From Gordius albopunctatus (lineage: Eukaryota), in contig OZ193909.1 in NCBI GenBank assembly GCA_964276515.1, positions 19,344,001 through 19,408,000 on the forward strand: a DNA stretch of 64,000 bases. The letters run 5' to 3'. Made by a program: the position numbers and the translations under genes. The notes under the pieces are model-generated. The model was given only the letters and a program-made list of their open reading frames with translations, made no database searches and had not been told where the DNA came from. Below, piece by piece: positions 12,720 to 24,316 of the stretch; within the stretch, counting starts at the first letter, position 1; every line of letters begins with the position of its first letter.

Positions 12720-15700
12720 ATGGCATATACATCTGGGGGAAATGGAGACTCTTATATTGTTAAGGATACCATAATTAGTATTGATGAAAGTTGCCGGGCT
12801 ATGAGACAGGCTGTTCAAGCAATGAACTATTTGAGTAATCCGAATACGGGTAATTTAATATTGGATAATGTTATAAATGAATAAATTATATTAATTTATT
12901 AATTTTTTTATATTAATTTTATATTCGAATTTTTATATATTATTAAACTTATTAATTTAACAATGTTAATTTTAAAGTATTTTTTTATTTTGTATACGCT
13001 CTTCATACACCTAAAATATAGATTTTTCACTTTATATTAGTGCCACCATCACAGTTTTTAAATGATTTAGACGTCAAAAGTCAATCCTCACCCTTAACCA
13101 GGGCTGCACTGAATGTAATAAATTAAATTTTCAAGTCTATCCCTAAGTTAAGTTTAATTTTTAGACTTAAATTTTTTTATACATAGTTAAAGATGTAATA
13201 TTATGAATTCCTAAAGAAAATTTATAGATTTTTCATATTTTTTACATTTTATTTAATTAAAAAAATATTTTTAGGATATCAAAGATAAAAATCTAGTGGC
13301 AATGTTTAGAAAGGTTTCTAACGCAAGGCCCGATATGAGTACTCCAGAGGCTATGAAGCTAGCACAGGAATTACAACATAAATTGCAAGTTGATCCAGGT
13401 GCGAATCACTCTTTCCCAATATAAATTATCAAATAATAATTATATAAATTGGTTAAATTTATATTTGAATGTTCAGATGTTAATCAAAGATTGGTCAGTG
13501 AAATTATAAAAGACATGGAAAAAGCTCCACGCGTAGGAGATAACCTTCCCAAAAGTTCCATTAGATTAGCTTCTCAGACATCAATACCCGGTGCCATGCA
13601 GGTACGAAATACTTACGTTTAAATTATTGTAATCTCTTAAAGAAAGCTGTAGAGAAGGCCGTTGCTTTAAGACTCACCAAGTATCCAGCCATGTCTCGCC
13701 AAACTCTTATATCGTTAATTTATGATTTGTACGAAAAATTATCGGATCCCAATACTGCTGATCAAGTCGAAGATCAACTGAGGAGTATCGCGACATCTGA
13801 TGTCTTTGTTAAATCTGCGAAAAGCTCTTTAGTTCCTTTACTTCAAGGGGGTGATGCTAAGAAATCGGCACACCAGATTATGTTGGAGGATGCCTTTAAC
13901 CAGAGGATGAGTGCAAAAGGTGTGAAAATTATATAGTAATCGTTAAGCAGCCATATCATTATTTTGCTAAGCTCTAATGTGGTTTTCAATACAAAGTAGT
14001 GATAAAAAGCATAAAATTAATGTCCTGCCTAAACTAGATGGCCGCGAGATTTTGGCTTAACTTTTAATAAAAAGACTACGACTTACTAAAATAAATCTCC
14101 ACAACCAAAGCTCGATGTTTCTAAATTGTTTGAGCTATATTCTGACCTTCAATCTTTTTGAATTTTTGCCCCGAGCCCGGCACTCAATTTTAGCTTTTAT
14201 AGAAAATTACCCATTTTAAACTTTTCTCAAATAATTATATAAAAATTGATTATTGCTAATTGTAATTAAAACATAAAGGTTACATTTTCCAGCGCTATAA
14301 TCAACTTAACTTTTTTAATGTAATAATTTATTAAAAATAAAATAAAATCTTAACATTTAAATAAACGAATGCTAATGTTTACTTTTGGTCTTTATTTCAT
14401 CCCTAAATGCCCCATGTTAGGCTTAGGAAGACCCATGCTGCTTTAACCTTGACACGTGAAAAGGTTGCAGGCTTTTTTTTGACAAAATCATTAATCAATA
14501 TAACCCATTTATTTAAATAAGAAATAGCCGTAAGTAGGAGTCAAATCTTGAAATCGCCGTGAAAGAGGATTTTATAACCTATTTTATACCTAAAGCAGAT
14601 TTGCAATATACCATGTTTAATCAATGTATATGGCCTAAAAGTAAATATATATTATTTTTAACTTAAATTTTATAATTCTGCAAATAGATAAATTTATTTA
14701 AAATATATACTTTATGTAATGGATAATTCAATATTTGTAGAAACGTTAATGAACCGAGACAAAATTAATATGGGTGTGCTTGAAAAGGTACGTGATTATG
14801 GAATGTCATTTATTGATGAATAATATATACTAGCTATAACGACGTTTTAAAAAGTATCCTGTTTTAAATTTAGACGATCCGATTTATGACTAGACTTAAA
14901 AGCATCTATCCTGATTGGAGTAATGAACGCCTCTTGTTAAAACTTTCCGAAATCTATACTACATTGAGCACCGGTGTCAAAAGCTATCAACAATGGGAAG
15001 CAGAAATACCTCCCCCCACTGCTCCTATTTACCAAAAGTCATCGTAATATTTGAATCTTTCATATTTTAACCTTTTTCTTATATTTTTATAAATTTTCAC
15101 AAAAAAGGTTTCCAAAGCAATCGCTACCATTGCTATTAGATGATGTTCCGAGAGCGAGCATGTTCAATGCAACTTTGGGAGGCGCCGTTGATCCATACCT
15201 TTTGGACATCGCTCAAGCCATAATGGAAGCCGTCAGAGCTATTAGGGGTGGTATTGGTCAATTACAAAATACGGTGGAAGGTAGGTTTTAAACATAGTAT
15301 GTCTTATGGATTTATAACAATGCTTAGAAAGATTAAATACAGTTTCACCTTAATTGAATAGACGTAAAAGTGATTGACGAAGCACTTAAAAACATACCAT
15401 CACCCGATCTGACCAAGCTCATTGAAAAGACGGAAAAAGCAAGATTAAAAGTAAATCGATTTTATCAGCTGATTTTTTATAGTTATTTAATATTAATAAG
15501 TATAGATGGATAAGATGAAATTACAATCTTCCACCGATGAAAGGAGCCAAAAGATAGAACCAAGTAAGTATTCCTACATAGAAATTATTTTCACTAGCCA
15601 TTTAATCAAAATAGTACTCCCTCGAACTTTTAATGTTTAGAGCAGAAAGTTGGTACGAAGGGGAAAGACAGTAAGAGCCAATTAAAAGGTGTGTCTAGTG

Positions 15701-17255
15701 AGGAATATACTGATACGAGCGTTCTGGATAGTACTTATTCCAAAGAAATTGAGAGTAATAAATATCAAAAGTCAAAAAAGAAATCCAAAAAGTCGAAAGA
15801 TGCTTATGAAACGGATTCTTCTTCCTACACGGAAAAGGATAAAAAGAAATCCAAAAATCGTAAGAAGGGAACCGAGACTTCAAGTACGGATGTAGCTGTC
15901 GGTAAGAGGAAAAAGTCGAAGACTGACGTTAAAGGTAAGCCCACATCCAAAGTGCCATCAAAGGAAGAAGCTAAAAAAAGTGAAAGCGGTGTAGATAAAA
16001 ATGTAAAATCACCAGATAAACCACCTGCTGGCGTTAATACAGTTGTAAAAGCGATAGCCCCCGTTGACAATAAAAACCAGTCGCCATCCCCGCCTATATC
16101 TCCACAAGTCCCTAATATTAGGCCACAAGCAAATCAATCACCCGTTATGAGGCCTCCTCCCCCACCTGCTCCTCGACCCATGCCTCCACCTAGGCCATCG
16201 CCACCTCCTAGACCTCAGGTTCGCTATTTTTATATATCGAATTCACAAATGTTTGATGATTTATATAATGTATAACTGATAGATATGTTATATCAGTAGA
16301 CAGGTATTTTTGGGGCCTATATTCCAAACTCTGTCCTAAGCTAATTGGCATGATAAGTTTTGACAAATTGCAATTTAGCTACTACAATAGATATAAAATC
16401 TTCTTAATTTTATAGCCGTTTATGGTCTTTTAATATCTTTTAATGCTAATAGCCGATACAAGGAGTAGGGCAAAGGGGTGGTCCACCGCCTCCTCCAGGA
16501 ATGCCTCTTTCTCCACCTCAAAGAATGCCTCCTCCGATGCCATCAAGACCACCTCCGGGGGCTAGACCAGGTCCTCAATCACCTCGACTTCCTGGAAGCC
16601 CTATACCCGTCAATCAGCAAGGACCGAGAATGGTTCCTATCCCTTCTCCACCGGGACAATCACGGCCACCAGGGCCGATGTTACAAAGCCCACAACGCCC
16701 ACCACCACCGCCTATGAGGCCATCCCCGCCATTAGGAGCTGTTCGCAGCAGTAAAATAATCATGGACTATAAAAGGGGAATATATATATAAGGCCTAGCT
16801 TAAACATAGAGTTCTAGGTAGAACGTTTTGATTAATATGCATGAGTTGTTATAATCATCTACACATAAATCAATAATGGTAGTAATGACTATACTAATTT
16901 AATTTAATAATTACACTGGATTCTTTATTTAACAAAAGGCCCTCAACAAAACATTACGACTATACCCAGGGCTCCCCCTATGCCACCAGGGTATAGAGGA
17001 CCACCTAATCAAATGATTCCAGGAAATAGAAGTCCGCCTAATCAAATGATGCCAGGAAATAGAGGACCACCTAATCAAATGATGCCAGGAAGAGGGCAAG
17101 CACCTCCAATGATGCAGCCTAATATGATGAATCGAGGCCCAACACCTCCTCGGGGCATGCCCCCATCTCCTCCCATTGCGAGAATGCCTCCAGCCCCTCC
17201 TAATCAACGAATGATACCACCTAGGGCACCACCTTCTACCCCTAGAGCTAGATGA
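12720..17255 (+). CDS. Uncharacterised 13-exon protein: helical N-terminal repeats, Lys/Ser-rich linker, Pro-rich C-terminus
   Basis: ATG at 12720 (MAYTSGGNG). Phase-compatible GT-AG exons start at ~13041, 13275, 13477, 13643, 14741, 14874, 15108, 15362, 15506, 15641, 16453 and 16939. The model joins track ORFs 13691, 15691, 16501 and 16980 and ends in TGA at 17253-17255. Confidence 0.8.
17017..17093 (+). repeat. Coding 33-bp tandem repeat (NR[G/S]PPNQM[M/I]PG), about three copies counting from ~16995
   Basis: cctaatcaaatgat(t/g)ccaggaa recurs at 33-bp spacing in the last exon. Confidence 0.8.
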
Positions 17256-17619
17256 AAGTTGGCATGAAATTGAATGTTATATGTTTTGCATTATGATTTT
17301 GAACGTATACTTTTTACCAAAAATTGATTATTTACAAAGTTTGGCTTGAATGAAATAGAATAAAATACCTCGTGAGAATTTGGACTAAAACATATCATAT
17401 ATCTTATAATACATTATATTTAATACTTTAAGAATTAAGTACCAGAATTTTTAGGGATGACATTTGTTAATATAACAAAGGCGCCTAACAGCCCAGATAT
17501 GATGTTTCATCGAGGTGTAGGCATTACACAAAACTTAAAAATAGGTAGTGTTGATGATACGATTTGTTTTTATTATTTAAAATGGAACGTTGTCTGGATT
17601 TTAAGTTACAAGTCGAGTA

Positions 17620-18200
17620 GTTTTAAGGTTGGGGATCAGTTACACCAAAGAATTCAATTGTCTAAATTGTCTTACCCTAGTAGACGAATATGCTAGGAAC
17701 CCTTTACACTGCCTAGAAAACAAATATAAATATTTTAGGCACACTAAAGCTAATTTATTAATTCAACCTGCCCTTAAAAAGGCTAAAATCCCCTCAATCC
17801 TTGAGCCGTCAGATCCCTCTCTTGATGATAGGATGCGCCCTGACGGCTCTTTTCTAGTCCCCTGGCAAAATGGTCTATCCCTCAAATAGGATTTCACCTG
17901 CAATGATCTATTTGCTCCTTCTCACTTTAATTACGACCCCGCTACCGTAGAAGGGCGTACAACCACAAACACTCTCCCCTTTTGGCATCCAATATTTTCA
18001 CCCTTGTTGTTGCCTCGTGCTCTGGTTCCTTTGGTAAACAGACAATAAATTTTTTTAAAGAAATCGGAAAACGCTCACTGAAATATAAAGTTTCCGCGTC
18101 CTTTTTACATTGGCAACAACTAGGAATTGTACGATACAACTTTAAATTCTTAGCCGACCCATGGCCTATTTTAGAAGATAATGATATAGATTCTTTTATA
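17620..18200 (+). mobile_element. CRE-clade non-LTR retrotransposon 3' remnant (CCHC knuckle plus restriction-like endonuclease)
   Basis: CLNC...LHC...RHTKANLLIQPALKKAKIPSILEP...RPDGSFLVPWQNGLSLK*DFTC, then SGSFGKQTINFFKEIGKR; contains stops and frameshifts. Confidence 0.7.
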
Positions 18201-18237
18201 TTATATGTCTTTATTTTTGTATTACGCTTATGTATGT

Positions 18238-18443
18238 TGTTAAGGGCTTGATATTTATTCACATAAACTATTAGGACTGGGATACAATAATCTAAAAGTC
18301 ACCTTAATCGTATATAACAAATGCATATATAAGTTACAACCAATTAACGATAATTTGATCGACAACACGCAGGTAAATAATGTAAACACGCAGGTAAATA
18401 ACGTATCCCCGGAGGCAATTCGCACTCCTATTACCTCTCTACA
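18238..18443. mobile_element. Solo LTR of the Gypsy family at 3919-4149
   Basis: tgttaagggc...ctctctaca with TG...CA ends; perfect 5-bp TSD tatgt (18233-18237, 18444-18448); shares gttacaaccaattaacgataatttgatcg with the first LTR. Confidence 0.9.
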
Positions 18444-19642
18444 TATGTAACTTTGTTTCGTGAAAATAAACTTTTTAACCTTTAAAAAAATACAAAAAAA
18501 GCAATAACTCCTAAGGTTAGCAAAAATGCTTAAATGGAACAAAAACGTTTTTAATCCTCTCTAGAAAGCAAGGGTGTTGCTATTTGATTAGGAACCTTGG
18601 ACTATACCAAACTTAGGAATTCAATTAGTACATTTTACATAGAATCAAATATCATAATATAGATATTTATTTGCCACCTTATGTTACTCCTTTCGATATG
18701 CAAAAAATAAAGCTTTGTAAAGCTTATCGTTGGGACATTAGTAGCTGTCTATAAAACATGTCCACAAAAAATAATTAATAATTTTTAAGCATTAGATCCG
18801 TTTTGGGCAAAGGGAATTTCAAGAATAATCGTATGATTTTCAACTTTATAATCAAAGAATAGTCCAATGTAAAATTTGTTAAAGGATATGTTTAAAGAAA
18901 TTGTATTTGAGTTTAAAAGTTAAAACCTTTTCATTTTCCATTTCGTTACATATACGATCTTTGTACAATTGAAATATTTAGGACCAGCTTTAACTGAAAC
19001 TTTTATATACCCTATCCCCTAAAACTATTTTTTAATTATTTTTGAACTGGACAACCTTCAGTCGAATTTGCAAATTTAGCACATTGCCCATTTAATTAGA
19101 ACCCCCCCCCCCTATTAAATTTAGTATCACCTTTCACTAAAAACCGTGTCAACCAGATGAGACCATAATTGATTAACACACGAAAGGTAAAGATGTAATG
19201 GCCCTAAAGCAGTTATCAAACAACAAACGGTTTTAATCATAGGTATAGTTTTTTGAAACACGAGGGTAGATAAAAGCCAAAACTATTTTATAAAAATACA
19301 TATTTGTTTGTCACCTTAACTTAGTGGAAATACCAATTTATAGGATTACTTATGAATATAATTGAGTCATTTTTATAACAAAAGATTTGTAACATAAATT
19401 TAAAAAGAACAGTACTGCAATACAAAGTTTAGAGATTGTACGTTGTGCGATTGGAAATTATTAATAATGCTTTTGTGCAAAGCCTCTAAAACAAATCTAT
19501 AGCATTTAATTTATTTCCTTCATATTAAACTAGCAATATTTGAAATACATTAAAAGTGCCCTCAATTGGGCGAATAATTAGTGCTACTTACGAATGAATA
19601 TTTTTTATTTTTTTAAAGCGCCTTTTAAATATGGTTGCTATT

Positions 19643-21997
19643 TTATTCTTTAAGACGATCGAGGAGAGAAGATATTTGATAACTTTCATCCATAATTGGT
19701 TCGTATGACACATCTATAATGTCGGGGGCTAATTTTTCTTCGAATACCACAATTTCGTTCAAACCATCTTGCAGGTATGATCTAGGGCAAAATAAAGTTT
19801 GCTGTGGTCCAACGTGATCATATTTGCCTAAAACGTGTCCGTTTAGCATAACGTACCCTGAATACCAATCTATCATATGTAAGTATAGGGGTTTATAAGC
19901 ATACATTTGAGAATCGTATTTGAAAGAGGCCCAATAAAAGGCAGGTCCAGGAGCCGTTGCAAGTGTGTAAGTTGAAGCAGACAATATCTTAGCCTTTTTA
20001 TTAATACTTGCTTCGGGTTCGTATTTAGCCCCTTCACTTACATCCTCGAATAAGTTCGAATCCAAGCGTATTTGATAAACACCCCAATCAGTTATAACAT
20101 CACCTTCATCGGTTGTTATCTCAGCCTCCAAGCCCTTTGCTAGATGTGCTCTTTGACGGCGCAAGTCTCGTGGTCTGCGAACATCCACGTTCAATCCCAT
20201 ATTTTCTACTATTAATAACAGTTCGACTTTCTCGCGCCATTGACCCCATGCTTTTTTGGTCAATTTGCTTGCTTCTTTCAAGTTGACGATAAAGTTCTGG
20301 GGACTTTCTTTAACTCTTTTAGAGTTGCTTTCAATTTTCATCACTATTCGCCGATTTATGACAATTATCAAGGCATCTCTTATTGTGCCATTGAAATGTA
20401 AAGATTTAAATCGTGGTTTGTTCAGATCTTTAGCGTAAATAATGTAAGGCGATGAAATGTGATGTTTTAAATCTTCCATATTCATTAAAAATTTAGGAGA
20501 AGTTTGTTCTCGGTATTCACCATTGCGTTTCCTCGTTTTGAGCAAAGCACTTAAAGGAATGACCTTTTGAATTACTATTAAGTTCAAAACATCGGCCAAC
20601 AAAGAGAAAGGTTCTGGCCTATTTTGGCATCGCCTTGACAATGTATTTTTCATATGTTTAATTTTGGGGGATGACATTTTGGAGATAGATTCTTCCCTTA
20701 TTATTTGGCACAATGGGCTTAGAATTCCAGATTCTGACATCATTCCACCGTCTTGCTGGTTAGTTGTCAATTGCCTAAAGCTATCGCCATCGGTCACATA
20801 CTTTGTACCTGATAGAGTCTTTTTAGCTGTACCCTGACGAAGGTTCTCAAAGCTCATAGATGATCCCTTATCTATTAAAAATTTAACCATTTTTTTAAGC
20901 TTTAAAAGCCTTTTAAGATATGCGTCTTCATCAACTTCATCCGGTGTATCTCCCCATCGCTTGGGTTCTCTCCTAAGTTTATCACCTGTCATGTGCATCG
21001 GATCGATGGGAATATTACGAAGCATTAACGGTTGCCGATGTTTTAAAATCATAGACAATTCGTTGAGTACCCCCTCATTTTCGCCGATATATTTAGAATA
21101 CAATATGACGGTGGGATCTTTCAGAATGTTGAAAACTTTATCGTTTTGAGATATGGTGATCTCTTTAGAGGGAATTAAGCTCTCGCCAATTGATCTGAAA
21201 ATAGCTGGTGTTATGGGAAATAGAATAGCTTCGTTTATGTCAAAAATGTTAAAGACATTTTTCAAATGTCTCAAGTATGTGTGAGGGTTATCGAATAATC
21301 CCATACAATCCGGATCTGTAAGGAATGCTATTATGGGGCCATCAATAGATTGCGACGCTAATGCATCAACGTGTGCAATTAACTCGAGAATATTTCTCCA
21401 ATGGTCGGTTAGTTTTCGTGTGAGACCAAAGTCTTTAGGCCACCAATCATATAGATGATTTTTGGGGACCTTTAACAATTCTACCGGTAGACCAGACAGT
21501 TCCAAGTCATGGCTACATACTGTAGGTCCCAAGTTTACAATAACCTTTAAGCCTAGATTGCGACATAATTTTATCAATGCAGTAAAGTCGTATTCATGAC
21601 CCCTATTTATTGTATAGTTAGCAGATGATAAAGATTTGTTTTGGTAAAGATTCCAAGGAATTTCAATTTCAATAGTATTTACATTACAGCAATCTTTGAG
21701 TGATACCAGAGTAGAATTCCATTCAGTACTAGGAATTTGGTAGTACTTAAATAATCCCGCCCTGATGATCCATGGTTTACCATTTAAATTAATATTACCG
21801 TCTCCAACCGTCAAAGAACTAAGTTTAGTTACGTTGTTCCAATGGAAAGAGGAGGTCAGCGCCGTTTCGATAGGTAAATTGATTAAAATATTAAACCAAA
21901 CTATACGATGGCAAGTGTTAAACATTTTTGTCAAATGTACGCCAATATACGAACAAAATTTATTAATGATAATTGAGCTGGAGGGCACGATCCTCAT
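19643..21997 (-). CDS. Intronless GH35 beta-galactosidase-like protein, predicted catalytically inactive
   Basis: 784-aa ORF colinear with GH35: LNGKPWIIRAG, IPWNL, LGLKVIVNLGP, DGPIIA, LLIVENMG, GPAFY, GYVMLNGHVLGKY...GPQQTL...GLNEIVVFE. The true start may be the downstream M25 (signal-peptide-like). Confidence 0.88.
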   Translation of the reverse strand: MRIVPSSSIIINKFCSYIGVHLTKMFNTCHRIVWFNILINLPIETALTSSFHWNNVTKLSSLTVGDGNINLNGKPWIIRAGLFKYYQIPSTEWNSTLVSLKDCCNVNTIEIEIPWNLYQNKSLSSANYTINRGHEYDFTALIKLCRNLGLKVIVNLGPTVCSHDLELSGLPVELLKVPKNHLYDWWPKDFGLTRKLTDHWRNILELIAHVDALASQSIDGPIIAFLTDPDCMGLFDNPHTYLRHLKNVFNIFDINEAILFPITPAIFRSIGESLIPSKEITISQNDKVFNILKDPTVILYSKYIGENEGVLNELSMILKHRQPLMLRNIPIDPMHMTGDKLRREPKRWGDTPDEVDEDAYLKRLLKLKKMVKFLIDKGSSMSFENLRQGTAKKTLSGTKYVTDGDSFRQLTTNQQDGGMMSESGILSPLCQIIREESISKMSSPKIKHMKNTLSRRCQNRPEPFSLLADVLNLIVIQKVIPLSALLKTRKRNGEYREQTSPKFLMNMEDLKHHISSPYIIYAKDLNKPRFKSLHFNGTIRDALIIVINRRIVMKIESNSKRVKESPQNFIVNLKEASKLTKKAWGQWREKVELLLIVENMGLNVDVRRPRDLRRQRAHLAKGLEAEITTDEGDVITDWGVYQIRLDSNLFEDVSEGAKYEPEASINKKAKILSASTYTLATAPGPAFYWASFKYDSQMYAYKPLYLHMIDWYSGYVMLNGHVLGKYDHVGPQQTLFCPRSYLQDGLNEIVVFEEKLAPDIIDVSYEPIMDESYQISSLLDRLKE

Positions 21998-22986
21998 AAA
22001 AGGACTGTGACCCTTTATGTAAGTAATTAATGGCTTTATCCCCCTTAAAACTTCAAAATAAGTGAAACGCGTACACCTTTTTGTGGTATTTAAATGGTTC
22101 GTGCATGTGTACTTAATGTAAAATTGCCTAAAATATGACCGCTTTGCTAGTTTTATTGCATTCTAAAACAATTAATTTTTAAATAGTGTTTTAAATTTTA
22201 ATCAAAGCCGATAGTAATTCTTCATTGTTATTTAAATCCCTTTTTTGCTCTATAAATGACACTTTAAATTTGAAAGAAATTGTTTAAACAATTTTTAATA
22301 AAATAAGTTTTCTAGGTAGTATATAAGTTTTTTGCTTAGCCCTACTAAACGAAGCATAAAACATGATCAATGTTGGAATACTGATTTTCGAATTTCAATT
22401 TTTAAAAAAAAATCTATATTTAATTTTCTAACACAAACCATCGCGAAGTATATTATTATTATTAGTGGAATAAATATATAAACCTTACACATATCTATTG
22501 GCATAGTCAGGGGGAGGGAGGGAGAGATGACTGCCCCCCCTCCTTTCATTTGCATCCAAAAAATAATTTAATATTTCTTGAAATCATCGTTAAAATCCGG
22601 AAGGCTGACCCTTTCTATTAAAAAAACTGAATAAACTCATAGATAGGTCAATAAGCATTCTGATAAGATCAGAGCAATATCTAGTTCGTCTTTGGTGGTA
22701 GAAGTCAAATTGTTTTTAACGTCAATTTCATGTGTAATATATCTATGTCATTGGTTATATGGGTTAATAACATGTCAGCATCGCTAACCTGCAAAACTTG
22801 GACACTATTTAGCACACCAATTTGCTTATTTAGGCGTCAATACATTCACTATATATGGATATTCCAGGTAGATTTATTAGTTAGCTACAAAAACTATCAT
22901 CTTTATACAAATTTTAAATAGTTAAATATACGTAAATTTTGTTTTTAGTATTAATTTACAAAAGTTTTAAATAAAGCTTTACAAAT

Positions 22987-24316
22987 ATGGCATATTTTAT
23001 AGATACGTCGTCCATAGGCTATGTAAAACGTTTAAATAATACGGAAAGTTTAGCCGAGGGACTTTCCTATAATTTGACTGAAGCATTATTTAATCAAGTA
23101 ACATAGCTTATATCGTCTCTCTTATTTTATTCAATATTTTTAGATTATTATTGTATTTTTTTAATTTTCAATAAAAAACTAAACAAAATAACATTAAATC
23201 CTTTTTTAATTTGACAAATTTTTTGGGCGTGTTTAGAGCTCTTTGCTGCATTTCGGAATTCACGAAGGCTTACTTATTAATCACTGGAAAACAAAAACGG
23301 TTACAGGTTATTTTTAATTCAAATTCATAAAAATAATTTATTTCTTAAAATAAGGAAATAGTTAAATTTCATCTTTTAGATTTTGTGTTCACATGCATAA
23401 TGGTTTGTGCGCTGGCCTTTGTCTTCGAAAGTATAACAGCTGCTCGAATTGTATTGCGGGGTAAATACTTTTTCAGGGAACCAATATACAAGCGAAGCCG
23501 TTCTAGGCCTAAAAGCGTTTTTGATATTGATCCAAGTGCTACTTTAAAATCTCATTCTATAAGTGGAGGTAGTTATTGCAATTATTTAGCCACTGGGGAC
23601 AGACATCCATCCATCGTTAATTCAACTAGTCCACAACAGCATGGGTTCGACAGGAGGGCATCAAGTCTTGCAACAGATTACAAAAAATTAAAGTACTCTT
23701 TTCTCATAAACTTATATAGTACGATAGACTGGCGATCAGCTGATTCATGAATCTTAATCATAAACTTATAAAATCATAGACTGCCGAACAGCTGATAATT
23801 TTTCAGCAAGTGTAGAAAGCGCTATTTTAAGGGAAATTGTAACCAAACTATAGAATTCAACATAGTTAATTGTTCTATTTTACTTGCCTACTTTTTTTTA
23901 AATTATAAATTAAGCTATTAGTCTTATTTATTTTCTTAAATATTATATCGTGGAGAAGGATAAATATACCGGTTGTTGAGTTTTTCCTAAAAGATGGCAG
24001 CTATTATGGTGTATGAAGGATTTTAATAGTAAAAATTACCTGGCAGGTTTATGTTATTTCTACGTGTTTACCTACAGCGATATAAATTATTTTTTTTGTC
24101 TTATATTGAATTAAAACCAGTCGAACTATAGTGTGGATGAACTTATTTCTTCAAAGTTTGGTGTATGTGGTACATTGTTTCCTAGGGTACCTCCTAATCA
24201 TGATAGTTCTAACTTACAACGCCTGGTTTTGTTTGTCTCTGTTGTGCGGTCTTTTTTTTGGTCATCTCTGTTTTGGCTGGAGCAAACTAGCGCGGAATTC
24301 CAACTTACACAATTAA
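22987..24316 (+). CDS. CTR/SLC31 copper-transporter family protein, 4 exons, 229 aa, atypical
   Basis: Exons 22987-23097, 23237-23306, 23380-23692, 24121-24316, in phase. LHFG...HWK, TM1 FTCIMVCALAFVFESI, TM2 FLQSLVYVVHCFLGYLLIMIVLTYNAW, TM3 CLSLLCGLFFGHLCFGW. Confidence 0.85.
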
